Assembly (NCBI RefSeq): GCF_001194135.2
Contig: NC_068997.1
Span: 19,615,037-19,679,036 of the forward strand
DNA length: 64,000 bases
Direction: 5' to 3'
DNA from: Octopus bimaculoides
Taxonomy: Eukaryota
The notes beneath the pieces are model-generated. The model searched no databases. It saw only the letters and a list, made by a program, of their open reading frames with translations, and was not told where the DNA came from. Every line of letters starts with the position of its first letter. The stretch's first letter is position 1. The translations under genes and the position numbers were made by a program. This document shows, piece after piece, positions 39,288-52,513 of this stretch.

Positions 39288-41886
39288 ATGACTCAATATT
39301 TCTAGTTCATTTATTTCTAAATAGCCTGGATGATAAATATCAAATCATTTTGTTACTTTACCTGAGGTAGACTTGTTTCTTATCTTAGGGGAAATATATC
39401 TATCGTTCACTTGATTCATGAAACTGAAGTTCAGCATTTGCTGTGGCCTAGGTAAACCTTCAACAGCTTATCACACACCATTAGAGCTCATCTCTGTCTG
39501 TCTGTCTGTCTCTGTCTGTCTGTCTGTCTCTGTCTGTCTGTCTGTCTGTCTGTCTGTGTCTCTCTTTCTCTTTTATGAACTCCTTCAGAGTTGTCGGAGA
39601 TGGATGCGAGTATTTTTTCTTTTTTACTACTACATTAGGAACTGGAACTCAGCCCTTGCTGTGGCCTTGGTGAGCTGTCAAGAACTCTTCACACATCATA
39701 AAAGCTCATCTCTCTCTCTCTCTCTCTCTCTCTTTCTCAGAAGGCCTGTTTACCAGAATCTGTGGCGTATTTTTGCCTTACCTTAGATGGGTTACAAGCC
39801 TGTTGCAGGATTACTCATTTTTGCCAGCTGAGTGGACTGGAGCAACGTGAAATGAAGTGTTTTGCTCAAGAACACAATGCATTACCTGGTGCAGGAAACC
39901 ACAATCTTACGATCATGAGTACAACACCCTAACCATTAGGCCACATGCCTCCACTATAATTAGTAGAGCGTGTCTATGCCTGTTTGCGACTACATAAGCA
40001 CTTTAAACAATTAGTGAAAGCATAATTACATGCTAGCAAGTCATTATCATTTATGAGTGACTTGTTATAGTTTTTATGGTTTTTGTCCAGTAAAAGGAAT
40101 AAAAAAAACCACATTGTTTTTCTTGGTTTTCTTGCTTGCTCAAGTGTGCTTGTCACTTGGTGCTTGCCCTTTTAAGTTTGTCACAAATGTGAAAAAATAG
40201 TTGAAGACCAGAGAGAGAGAGAGAGAGAGAGAAAAAAAAAAAAAGAAAATAGAGTAGAAAATTAAAATTTCGGAAATGTATTACTTGGTAAGTGTTTTGA
40301 TCTGAGACAGTGTTTTGGAACTAAAACAATTTAGTTTGATACAAGTGCAGCAGGTTTGTGGGGATGAGTTAAGACTACAGTAGTCCCTTGGCTATCATGA
40401 GTGTTATGTTCCAAAACCCCACTGCAATAGGTGGAAATCCACAAAGTAGAAACAGTACTTTACTGTATTCTTTCTTTTATTCTTCTATTTGTTTCAATCA
40501 TTTGAGCCTCCCCTCTCCACACCATCAATGTTACCCAAGGGAAAGGCAAAGGCTGATACAGCTTGGCACCAGTGACGTAGCACCTCATTTCTATAGCTGA
40601 ATGAACTGGAGCAATGTGAATTAAAGTGTTTTGCTTGCTCAAGAACACAATACACAACCCAGTCTGGGAATTGAACTAACTACTTCATGACTGTGAACCT
40701 GTGACTCTACCCACTGAGCCATGCACTTTCAATATATATTAAGGCAGTGAGCCGGCAGAATTGTTAGCACTCTGGGCAAAATGCTTAGTGGTATCTTGTC
40801 CATCTTTATTTTCTGAGTTCAAATTCTGCCACAGTCGACTTTGCCTTTCATCCTTTCAGAGTCAATAAAGTAAGTACCAAACGAACACTGGAGTCAATGT
40901 AAGACTTATCCTCTCCCCTGACATTGCTGAACTTGTGCCAAAATATGAAACCAATATTAATTTAGATTTTACGCAAATTAACGGCACACTATATCACTGG
41001 AGCTTATCATGTTTGCATCTAGTAGACTCAGTGGGATTTGATCTCAGAAGAATGAGATATTGAATTGGATACAATAAAAGCATTCAGTCCCATGTTCTCA
41101 CTTCATGGCCAACCTCATTCTTCACCAATCTTGTTCTTCAAAATACAGAAAAATCTTTGTTTGTTGATTACGTCTTAGTCAAAAAAAAAAAAAATCTGTG
41201 TAAATATGTAGAATCAAACTTTTAAATCAATTTGAATGTTTTTTTTTTCTACTTATCAATTTTCCCCCCAAGCATCTTTAAGGAATATACGATCAATTTT
41301 TTGCATACTGAAGAGGATTCCAAGAGGATTCCAAGCATGTACAGGCTCTTCTCGAGTGGAAGATCTCACATTGAATGCAAGGCCGCACAAGTCAAGCATC
41401 ATTGATTTATAATTTTATAGAAGAATTGAAAGTGCTGAACTTGATTATAAGTTTTCATCTGACTGCTGGGTGGTTTGTTAAAAATTCTAAAATATGGCTC
41501 CAGGCATCATCCAAGCAGCCACCCGGCTCTACCCTTTGACTTCAAGTTTAAGTGTTTATAGGTTTAAAACATACCACTCTTAAATATGGAGCTGCCGTAT
41601 ATATTTTTGTTTTGCATTTGTTTGCTTTTTTTATATTTTTTTGTTAAAAGCAATTTTAATTTTAAATGTAATTTTGCGGATAAATCTTTTGGGGTGTTTT
41701 TGAAAAGATATTTTAGAGTAGCTTCCCGTTGCTTTATCTATTAAAACTTGGTTATGTAATATAGTTAAGAAGTTTGCTTCTCAACCACATGGTTCTAGTT
41801 ACAATTACGCTGTGCAGCACTTTGAGTTGACCAGTGACTTGCGAATAGAATTTACAGATGCAGGTTCTGTGGAAATATATCGAGCA

Positions 41887-41922
<36 letters not shown>

Positions 41923-42090
41923 GATATATGTATATATGTGTGTGTCTATATATAAATATGTTTATATGTGTATAGCTTTCGTAGTTAAACAAGTGAAATA
42001 GAACTCAATACATGGGTATATATACACTTTTAATATTTTCAATTGGCATGAAGTTACAAACGAAAATATATATATATATATATATATAAA

Positions 42091-42420
42091 CATGAAGGTA
42101 AGTCAAAAATTATACACACACTCTTGCTTCTGTAATCTATTAAAACAAAAGCAAGTTTGAACAATTATGTCATTTTTTGACGTAGCCTCCTTGCATTTTG
42201 ATGCACTTCTTACAGTAGTGCACAAGCTTGCATATTCCATTGGAGAAGAAAGTTGTTGGCTGGTTGTGCAGCCATTTATGCACTACTTCTTGCACTTCTC
42301 TGTCTGTGGCAAATTGATGACCTCTTAAAGATGTTTGAGCAGTCCAAGGAGGTGATGGTAAAAAGGGGAGAAATCTGGTCTGTATGCAGGGTGTTCCAGC
42401 AACTCAAAATCCCAGTTATT
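42091..42420 (-). mobile_element. Mariner remnant: transposase C-terminus and 3' terminal region
   Basis: FELLEHPAYRPDFSPFYHHLLGLLK (cf. HPPYSPDLAP), frameshift, then LRGHQFATDREVQEVVHKWLHNQPTTFFSNGICKLVHYCKKCIKMQGGYVKK* (stop 42170-42172). Confidence 0.85.
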
Positions 42421-43224
42421 TTTAATGGTTTCAATGTATGTGTGTGGGGGTGGGGGTACATGGAGTTTCTTTTTATTCTTTATGAAGAAGATCAACAAAC
42501 TATTTAAAAAAAAATACATAAAACATTTTTTTCGCCTTTCTTTAATTTCACTGAGAAAGGGCAGGGCTTCTGCACAAAATGTTGATACTTTCAGTCTCCA
42601 CATGGCTTAATGTAATGGCTTTGTTTTATTTTTAGCATAATTTTTTTTTTTTGGATTACTTTTACCAAATGCAGATCAACAAGTAGATTACTTGGATTCT
42701 AGATTTGTTACCTTTTTATCTATCTTTTTTAGTATATTTCTAAAAATGTCCTGTATAGTCTTGTTATCATTAACTTTATTGAGTAATTCTATAGAAGTGG
42801 TAATTCACTGAGATATATTACTGATAAAGGCAAATGGTTGGTGTTTGAAGTTTGTAACATCAATGTGGGAAGAATGTGATATTTTATTTTGACATCACAA
42901 AATGTCATGGAAGGTCAGCTTGTACTTTGTGTGATAGTAGCAATCTAATTGCAAGTGGATGTTGATTATAATACACACAACAGAAGCTGTGATTGTTTTT
43001 ATTACTTATGTTTCATTATTGTATCATAAAAGAACGAATGTCATTGAATATCTTTCTGAAAAATATCAAAATGACACAATCTATTTCAGTCTTTATTTCA
43101 CAGATAATGAAGCAAATTTAATGCTAATTATTTGTTCACAAAATCTTATTGATACTGACCATTGTTGCAATGCTAGCTAGATTACAACTAAACGTTTGTA
43201 ATTGATGAAAATCAGTGAGGTCCA

Positions 43225-43260
<36 letters not shown>

Positions 43261-43266
<6 letters not shown>

Positions 43267-43572
43267 CAAAAAATATATATGCATGTATACACACATATAT
43301 GTATATACTTTCATCTACATGTGTATATAGATGCATATAAGGGTACAGGATGTTAGAACAATGAACTACAGACAACGAAACGAACACATAGGAAAACAGA
43401 AAGCCACTTGGAATTATTCATCAGCTGCCTCTATTCTAACTCGACGTTTTCGTTCCGTTGTCTGTAGTTCATTGTTCTAATGTCCTGTACCCTGATATGC
43501 ATCTATATACACATGTAGATGAAAGTATATACATATATGTATGTATACATGCATATATATTTTTTGTATTAT
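43261..43572. repeat. Fold-back: 124-bp inverted arms, 64-bp spacer
   Basis: Arms 43261-43384 and 43449-43572, about 5 mismatched positions. Confidence 0.9.
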
Positions 43573-43617
43573 TACATCATTGAACGCACACGTCCATTTT
43601 GCAAGTAAGTCTGTACT

Positions 43618-43648
<31 letters not shown>

Positions 43649-44366
43649 GTACAAAGAAATATCCTTATAGTTTGTGAGAACCTGACCTTTTAATTTCCTG
43701 TATTTTCACTCTTGGTGTTGTATGTTGCTTAAAGCTGGACTGGTTTTCTGTTGATATTATAGAAAAACAAAGCCTTTTTATACAGTCAAGCGATTAAACC
43801 TGTTAACAGATGACATTTGCTCTGTGTTATAATTTCGTTTATAAGGACTCTATGCATCGACCTTTCCACTTATTTACAGAGATTTTATTATGAAAGATTA
43901 GTGAATCAGGTACAGTGATTGTAGTTCTGTTAATCCCAGGAAAATTGGTCATTCTTGCTTCAAGAGCAAATTGACATTTTGTAGCTATTGTTCTTTTGGG
44001 AAATCTACTACTACTACTACTACTACTGCTACTGCTACTGCTGCTGCTGCTGTTGCCAAGTCATTAGGATACTGGATGATTAAGAGGTCAGTGAGTTATG
44101 TCCTATTACAGTCATTCTACTATATATATAGCTCAGATTGATACAGTAAGCTCTCATTGGTTAAGTCAACCTCACTGTAAGTATGCACCATGGGTTGGTA
44201 TAATTCCCTACTATAAACTGTCTTTCACGTAAAACTTGTGAGTAATTTGCTGACTTGCTATTCTTTCCATGGGGGGAAATAGTCAACTTGTCTATGGTAT
44301 AATTGTAACTCCACTTTAATCTGAGACTTCCAAGAACTGGTGGATGAAGTATATTTTATTGTCTCT

Positions 44367-44503
44367 TTAACCTTTAGCATGCTTAGGTGCATCATGGTGC
44401 GGTATGAATTTTCTCCCCTGTAGATACAGGTGCGTTGTGTCGCATTGAGAGGGGAGAAAACTTGTATGGTGACATGATGTGTCTACAGCATGCTAGAGGT
44501 TAA
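44367..44503. mobile_element. Small TTAA-flanked hairpin MITE (piggyBac-like)
   Basis: TTAA at 44367-44370 and 44500-44503; TIR cctttagcatgc / gcatgctagagg; internal IR ttttctcccct / aggggagaaaa. Confidence 0.8.
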
Positions 44504-44815
44504 AGAATGCTAGTCATTTATTCTGAGGAGATATTTATTCTTTCCTATACTTGCGAGGAGGGACATCTTTGGTATGTTATTTTATTGTTGGCATTGTATC
44601 TGGTTTCTCAGTCTGGCGTCAGCCAATCGGTTGTGATTGTTTAGATGCTGATGAATTGGCTCAGCTGACTGGACACTCAGCCTATCTTGGCAACTGTACA
44701 TTTTATCACTGAAGGCAAACACACACACACACACACACACACATACACACACATTCACATACACACATGGATGCATGCATTTGCATGCAGAAATATATAC
44801 ATACAGGTACAGAGA

Positions 44816-44857
<42 letters not shown>

Positions 44858-45466
44858 AGAGGGAGGGTGAGAGAAAGAAAGAAAGAGAGGGAAACATTAC
44901 ATATACATACAAACATAACTAGATGCTCTCATGAATAAACAGAGAGGGAAAGAGAGAGAAAGAAAGTGAGAGAGAGAGAGAGAGAGAGGGGGAAAGAGAT
45001 AAAGGAAGAGAAGAGAGTGATAGTGAAAGAGAGAAAGAAAGAGAAAACTATTAAAGTGTCTGATGTCAAATAAGTCTATGACGAATCAGTGATGCCAAGT
45101 AGGTGGTGCCAAAATGGCTGTGCCAAAATATCTTGAACCCTCTTAACCTTATTTGCTTAGATGACTCAGCCAAGAAATGAGTCTTTCACAATAATTTCTC
45201 TCAAAATCATTAAAAAAAAAACCCTATTCAAATCAGGTCTGCCTTTGTTTAACAGCAGATGCACAACTACATAGTCATATCTCCACTATTTATATTGACC
45301 TTTCTTTTTTAGTCTCTTTATCAGCTTACTATCACTTATATCCTGTATGTCTAATGCCAATGTTTCATTGTCCCACAGTATCACATATTTTGCATTCACC
45401 TTTCATTAAAAAGGGCAGCAGTTACTGTCAGTAGCACTTTTTTTTATCAGTTACTGTCTGTTAATG

Positions 45467-45740
45467 AAAGTACATGACTCAGTGGTTAGAGCATCAGGCT
45501 CACAATCATGAGGTATTGAGTTCAATTCCCAGATCGGGCTGTGTTGTGTTCTTGAGCAAGACACTTTATTTTCATGTTGCTCCCGTTCACTCATCTGTAG
45601 AGATGAATTGTGACGTCATGGGTGCCAAGCTGTATAGGCCTTTGCCTCTCCCTTGGATAACATCAGTGGTGCGGAGAGAGAGTGGGGCGGGGGGTGGGGG
45701 GCTGGTATGCACGGGTGCCTGCTGGTCTTCCATAAAGATG
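45467..45740 (+). mobile_element. tRNA-derived SINE
   Basis: Reverse complement of the 21197-21545 family; A-box tgactcagtgg, B-box gagttcaattccc. Confidence 0.75.
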
Positions 45741-45986
45741 AAGCCTGAAAGGAGTATGTTGTGTGGTGTGTGTGTGTGTGTGTGTGTGTGTCATTGTGTT
45801 TATATTTGTTCTGAAATCACCTCTTGACAACTGTAGTTGGTTTGTTTACATCCCTGTAACTTAGAAGTTTGACAAAAAGGGCCTAATAGAACAAGTACCA
45901 AACTTTAGAAAGTAAAGAAGTACTGAGGTCAGTTTGTTCAATTAAAACTCTTCAAGACGATGCTCCAGCATGGTCACAGTCTAATG

Positions 45987-46017
<31 letters not shown>

Positions 46018-46974
46018 TGTGCTTGCCTTCAGCTCCAAAGTGTGCTGTCTTCAAATATGCTGAATGTCCAACCGAAGCAAATCGTCAGCATCCAAGCAGC
46101 TGTGCCAAATCATCTCATCTTGGGGTAGAAGACCCTTTGCGACAAGGTGCTGCATTATTGGTGGAACCACATGTTTGCAAAGAAAACTGTCATAAATATG
46201 CAACTTCGTTGCCACTCAACCATTTATTTGCATCATGTTATGATGTTTTAGACATGACCTTGACTTTCTGTTGTTTGCCAAAAAAAAAAAAAATACATCA
46301 CCTCTTGCTCCTTATGTAAAAAGATTTCATAGATTTTTTCTTCTTCNNNNNNNNNNNNNNNNNNNNNNNNNNNNNNNNNNNNNNNNNNNNNNNNNNNNNN
46401 NNNNNNNNNNNNNNNNNNNNNNNNNNNNNNNNNNNNNNNNNNNNNNNNNNNNNNNNNNNNNNNNNNNNNNNNNNNNNNNNNNNNNNNNNNNNNNNNNNNN
46501 NNNNNNNNNNNNNNNNNNNNNNNNNNNNNNNNNNNNNNNNNNNNNNNNNNNNNNNNNNNNNNNNNNNNNNNNNNNNNNNNNNNNNNNNNNNNNNNNNNNN
46601 NNNNNNNNNNNNNNNNNNNNNNNNNNNNNNNNNNNNNNNNNNNNNNNNNNNNNNNNNNNNNNNNNNNNNNNNNNNNNNNNNNNNNNNNNNNNNNNNNNNN
46701 NNNNNNNNNNNNNNNNNNNNNNNNNNNNNNNNNNNNNNNNNNNNNNNNNNNNNNNNNNNNNNNNNNNNNNNNNNNNNNNNNNNNNNNNNNNNNNNNNNNN
46801 NNNNNNNNNNNNNNNNNNNNNNNNNNNNNNNNNNNNNNNNNNNNNNNNNNNNNNNNNNNNNNNNNNNNNNNNNNNNNNNNNNNNNNNNNNNNNNNNNNNN
46901 NNNNNNNNNNNNNNNNNNNNNNNNNNNNNNNNNNNNNNNNNNNNNNNNNNNNNNNNNNNNNNNNNNNNNNNNNN

Positions 46975-47028
<54 letters not shown>

Positions 47029-49725
47029 GGTGGGCTTCTCTCAGTTTCCGTCTACTAAATCTGCTCACAAGGTTTTGGTCAATCCAAAGAAGACACTTGC
47101 CCTAGGTGCTACACAGTAGGACTGAACCCAGAACCATGTGGGTTGAGAAGGAAGCTTCTTACCACACAGTTTCCGTCTACCAAATTCACTAACAAGACTT
47201 CGGTTGGCCCAGAGTTATAGTAAAAGACACTTACTTGCTGAAGGTGCCATACAGTGGTACTGAACCCAAAACCATGTGGTTGCAAAGCAAGCTTCATAAC
47301 TACACAGCAATGCCTGTGACTAAATTGTAGCTTACTCCTGTGTAGTGACTGATGTGCTGATATAACATCACAAGGTTAAATTTTGTGCTGAAATTGCAAA
47401 TACTGCAGTGAATTTTGTAGACCTATCCAACCCACACTTACTCAAAACAAATTTTCTTTTTTAAATGTTAGAACAAAATCTACAAACACCGAACTCTAGA
47501 TTCACAGAAGAAACGACATGAAATTATGATATTTTTTTTATATTCTTTCTCGAAGATATTAGTGAAATGGAATGACTTCATCCACAAAATATCCACAAAA
47601 TGAAAATGTTTAGTAATTATTTTTCCTCTATTGCTGTCACAAAAATTTAAATTGGTACTTTTTTTTCTGTTTTTCGACTAAGGACAAAACCAATATTTTG
47701 AGGGATAAAAATTCATAAAATTAGTTCATGTACCATGAAGAGAGGTGGGTTTTGGTATTTTATGCTGGGCCTTTCTTCAAAGAAATTAGAAATGTATTGG
47801 AAAGCTGTTAATTAAATTCAGTACAGGAACTTTATTTTAATACACAAAATTTTATTAAATTTCCTTTTTTTTTTTTTTGCTACTGTTGATACAAACAATC
47901 TTTAGTTCTTTTGGGCTACAGATTTTCCTTTTTTTCCTTTCTCCTTTTTCTTTTCTTTTTTTTTTCTTTTTGCTAGAAAAATTCATTGAATTGGTGAGCC
48001 ACACTGATAATCTAAAGATTGTCAGGCAAAATATTTGAACACAGCAGTGAAGCAGTAAATTCATCAAACCTCATTCTCAGCATTGTCACATATCTCCATT
48101 AGTGTCGAAGTTAGATACACTATGGCTGAAAAATGATTTGTTTTTGTTTTCTCATTTTGGTACAAAGCCAGCAATTATGAAGGCAGAGGTTCAGTTTGAT
48201 TACACCTGCCCCATTACTTGACTGATACTGTATTTTACTGATTCCAAAAATGTGAAAGGCAAAATTGATCTTGGCAGGATTTTAACTCACAACATAAAAT
48301 TTCAGAAGAAATGGTCACTAACTTGAAAAAATAGTACTTGATGTTCATGACTGGAATGCCTTTGATTGGGACTAACTTGAGGTTAAGCAACTGCAACAAC
48401 AACAATGCCTAACTTAGAATTGAAATCAAAGGGCAATTGAAGGCAATTCTTAAAAGGTTCAAATGGAACCAAAAGAACCGGAATAATCTTGGGCCAAGCT
48501 GTCAAAGTACAGCATGTCTTACAACAGACCAGACTCTAAACCACTGGTTCTCAACCATTTTTTCTTTTTTACCTATGGACCCATTTGATTCCTATTCTGT
48601 TCAGTTGGACCCTCATAACCATTCAATGTTTTAACCCCTTAGCATGCTTTTTTATTCACGTTGTTTTGTAACCTTGAGAGTTTGTACAAAGTAACTGTTA
48701 ATTTTTAGAATGACAATGTAGAGTTGGTGTGAGAGGCCAGACCTGACTAGTTTGAAAACAAAACAGGTAGAATATTTTGGCTGGATATGGCCGGTTTGAA
48801 TGCTGAAGGATTAAAACTTGTATTATTATTATATTTTCATAATTAAATATTATTAGGAATTATATAAAAATTTGTTAAAATGTTTTGTGTATTGTAGAAG
48901 TATAAGTGATTTATTGCACATAAATTTTAATAGCAAAATCTTATATGGACCCTAATTGAGAATCACTGCTCTAGATCATTTGTTGAGTTTTCCAACATAA
49001 CATTCTATTGTTGCCTTGCATTCAGCTTCCTTCTCTGGCATTGATGTCTTTGATGGCCAAATCTCCCAACTTGAGTGTATTTCAGTTTCTGATAGGTGAA
49101 AGTAATAATAGACAGAAACAGAGTGAATTAAAAGAGAATGGCTGGGGTTGTCTGAAAACATAATGGAACCATAGTACTAAAACAGCATGTACTACTTCCA
49201 TTCTGAATGATATATTTTGGTACTCACCAAATAGAGAGAACTTCCATATTTGGGTGTATATAAAAGTATGGTTTTTATGAAGTGAAGTGAAATATAAAGC
49301 AATATATAAATATTGATTAAAAATCATTATTTTATTTTTTTTTTTTATCATTTCAGAATAGAAAGAATTATTTTTGCTGTCAGGGTTTTATTTATTTATT
49401 TATTTCTTATTACTTGTTATTTTTTATTTCATTTATTTATTTATTTTTGCTTTTATTAATGGACTGCCATTTTTATTCCTGTTCTTATTTATCTGAGTAG
49501 AGCTGCTTAAGAGATCTAGGGTGGGACAGTTGAATACTGTTATAGGATTATATAATGTTTGTTGGTCCTATTTTAAGTATTTATTATATTAGATCATGTA
49601 GCTATATTGATTAAATTATTTTCCATTATTAAGCACTGTCACACGCTATATCTTATGCTAGATAAAGCGGTTAAAACAGCCCACTATTTCAATTTCCACA
49701 ATACATACATACATACATATACACA

Positions 49726-49767
<42 letters not shown>

Positions 49768-50112
49768 TCTATTCTTCGTTTTCTCCCACTTCTTTTCTTC
49801 TAATATATATTTGGAACAATAATTCCAAATGGTGCCTGGTCAGAGTTATATTTATTTATTCATTTATTAAAATATATATATATATATATATTACCTCCCC
49901 ACCACCTACAATTCTCATTATTACACAAGTTTAGAACATAAAAATAAAAATAGTGCTTTCCGAATATTAAACAGAGCTTAATTGACTGGTTGTGTTCGTT
50001 GACTAAAAATATCAGGTGTTATTATATATAAATGATGTATGCTGACATTTCCAGAACTTTTTATTTATTACTTTTATTAAGACTTTAGCAAAAATGGTTT
50101 GTTGTTGCTATT

Positions 50113-50151
<39 letters not shown>

Positions 50152-50844
50152 ACAATAATAATAATAATAATAATAATAATGATAATAATAATAGGCATAG
50201 GCGTAGGTGTGTGGTAAGAAGTTTGCTTCCCAACCACATGGTCCTGGGTTCAGTCCCACTGCATGGCACCTTGGGCAAGTGTCTTCTCCTATATCCTACA
50301 GCTGACCAAAAGCTTGTGGGTGGATTGCAACTGTTGTTGTGAAAAGGAGAAGTTGTTCTCCTGTGACATACACAACAGCAACTAACATATTCAGTGTTTG
50401 AATCTGTCAGAATGTATTAAGAAGGAATATGCAAGTCACCATTTCAGGTCTTGCCCATATTCAGTGCAGATAATGATTTTTTGAAATTTGTATAGATATA
50501 TTAATACATTTATATAAGTCCAAATGCCATTTTCATTTCATAAGCTCCACTTTCTATATTTAGTATTGTTGTGTTTGGAGATTGTGTCAACTCAATTATC
50601 TATTTTTCACCTGTATTGTTTATTTTGAAAAAGATTGACTTTTATACTTTTTTCAAAAAAAAAAAAAAAGCCAAATGACATCAGCAGCAGTTTTCAAGAA
50701 GTGATGACTCAGATCACGACAACACATATAACCCATGTTGATATGGAAAGTGGGCATTAAAATGCTCTCGCTGCTGCTACTGGTGGTGTTATTCATAGGT
50801 ACATATATATATTTACATATACCTACCTATATATATATATATAA

Positions 50845-51167
50845 AATGTTGACCACTAATGTGGACATTCAATGTGCTAGAAATAGATCACATCTTGTGT
50901 CTACTAAGACCTAAATTGTTCTCAAAACGGAATTTGGCGGGATACCAAAGCGTAAGCAGGCAAGACATTTAAATTACCTAAAAAAATCATTATTAAATAG
51001 GTACCGGTTAGGGTTAGGGTTAATGATTTTTTAGGTAATTTAAATGTCTTGCCCGCTTACGCTTTGGTATCCCGCTAAATTCCGTTTTGAGAACAATTTA
51101 GGTCTTAGTAGACACAAGATGTGATCTATTTCTAGCACATTGAATGTCCACGTTAGTGGTCAACATT
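50845..51167. mobile_element. Unclassified fold-back/MITE with ~148-bp TIRs in (TA)n; spacer carries (TTAGGG)2
   Basis: Arms 50845-50992 and 51021-51167 differ by 3 transitions and a 1-nt A-run indel; TA repeats on both sides. Confidence 0.85.
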
Positions 51168-51668
51168 ATATATAAAAATATACTTTAATCCCCTNNNNNN
51201 NNNNNNNNNNNNNNNNNNNNNNNNNNNNNNNNNNNNNNNNNNNNNNNNNNNNNNNNNNNNNNNNNNNNNNNNNNNNNNNNNNNNNNNNNNNNNNNNNNNN
51301 NNNNNNNNNNNNNNNNNNNNNNNNNNNNNNNNNNNNNNNNNNNNNNNNNNNNNNNNNNNNNNNNNNNNNNNNNNNNNNNNNNNNNNNNNNNNNNNNNNNN
51401 NNNNNNNNNNNNNNNNNNNNNNNNNNNNNNNNNNNNNNNNNNNNNNNNNNNNNNNNNNNNNNNNNNNNNNNNNNNNNNNNNNNNNNNNNNNNNNNNNNNN
51501 NNNNNNNNNNNNNNNNNNNNNNNNNNNNNNNNNNNNNNNNNNNNNNNNNNNNNNNNNNNNNNNNNNNNNNNNNNNNNNNNNNNNNNNNNNNNNNNNNNNN
51601 NNNNNNNNNNNNNNNNNNNNNNNNNNNNNNNNNNNNNNNNNNNNNNNNNNNNNNNNNNNNNNNNNNNN

Positions 51669-52512
51669 GTCGTTTAATGTCTGCCTTCCATGCTGCTATG
51701 GGTTGGACAGTTTGGCAGGAGCCTGCATCAGACTTCCATGGTGCCATGTAAAAAGCAACTCTTTGGGAATGGCACTTCTTCACACATCTCTCCTCATCCA
51801 TCCGTAGTACATGACCATACCAGCGCAAACATCTCTCTTGCATGCCACATCCGATGCTTCTTATGTCCAAAATTTCTCTCAGAGCACTTACACTCTGTTG
51901 TGTGTGCACACTGACATTACACATCCAGTGGATCATGCTAGCTTCATTTCTTTCAAGCTTACGCATGTCCTCCACAGTCATGGCCCATGTTTCACTGCTG
52001 TGAAGCATGGTAGTTCGCACACATGCATTGTACAATCTACCTTTCACTCTGAGCGAGAAGCCCTTTGTCATCAGTAGGGGTAGAAGCTTTCTAAACTTTG
52101 CCTAGACTATTCTTATTCTAGTGGTAACACTCTCTGAGTATCCACCCCCACTACCACTTAGGTAGCAGAAGCTATCAATTACTTCTAGTTTCTCCCCTGG
52201 AGTGTGATGGAATCTGTTTTCTGAGCGTCTGTAGTGTTTATTGCCCCTGTGCATCTGCCACACACGAAAGCTATCTTCTCAGTTAATCTTCCTTTGATGT
52301 TGCTGCACCTCTTATGTGTCCATAGCTTACACTGGGTACATCTTATGGAGTTTCTACCTTGACCTTCCTTCTCACTAGAACTTTGGTCTTTGGTACATTG
52401 ATTCTAAGGCCTTTTGATTCTAAACCTTGTTTCCACACCCGGAATTTCTTTTCTAGTTCCGGTAGTGATTCTGCTATGAGGGCCAGGTCATCAGCATAGA
52501 GGAGCTCCCAGG
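51669..52512 (-). mobile_element. Decayed RTE-clade LINE 3' fragment (YADD to 3' tail)
   Basis: PWELLYADDLALIAESLPELEKKFRVWKQGLESKGLRINVPKTK...GRLYNACVRTTMLHSSETWAM...LRWYGHVLRMD, with frameshifts and stops. Confidence 0.9.
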
Positions 52513-52513
52513 G

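Noticed and set aside
41305-41342. CTGAAGAGGATTCCAAGAGGATTCCAAGCATGTA
   Set aside because: An 11-bp direct repeat, not a stem; GAAA box absent.
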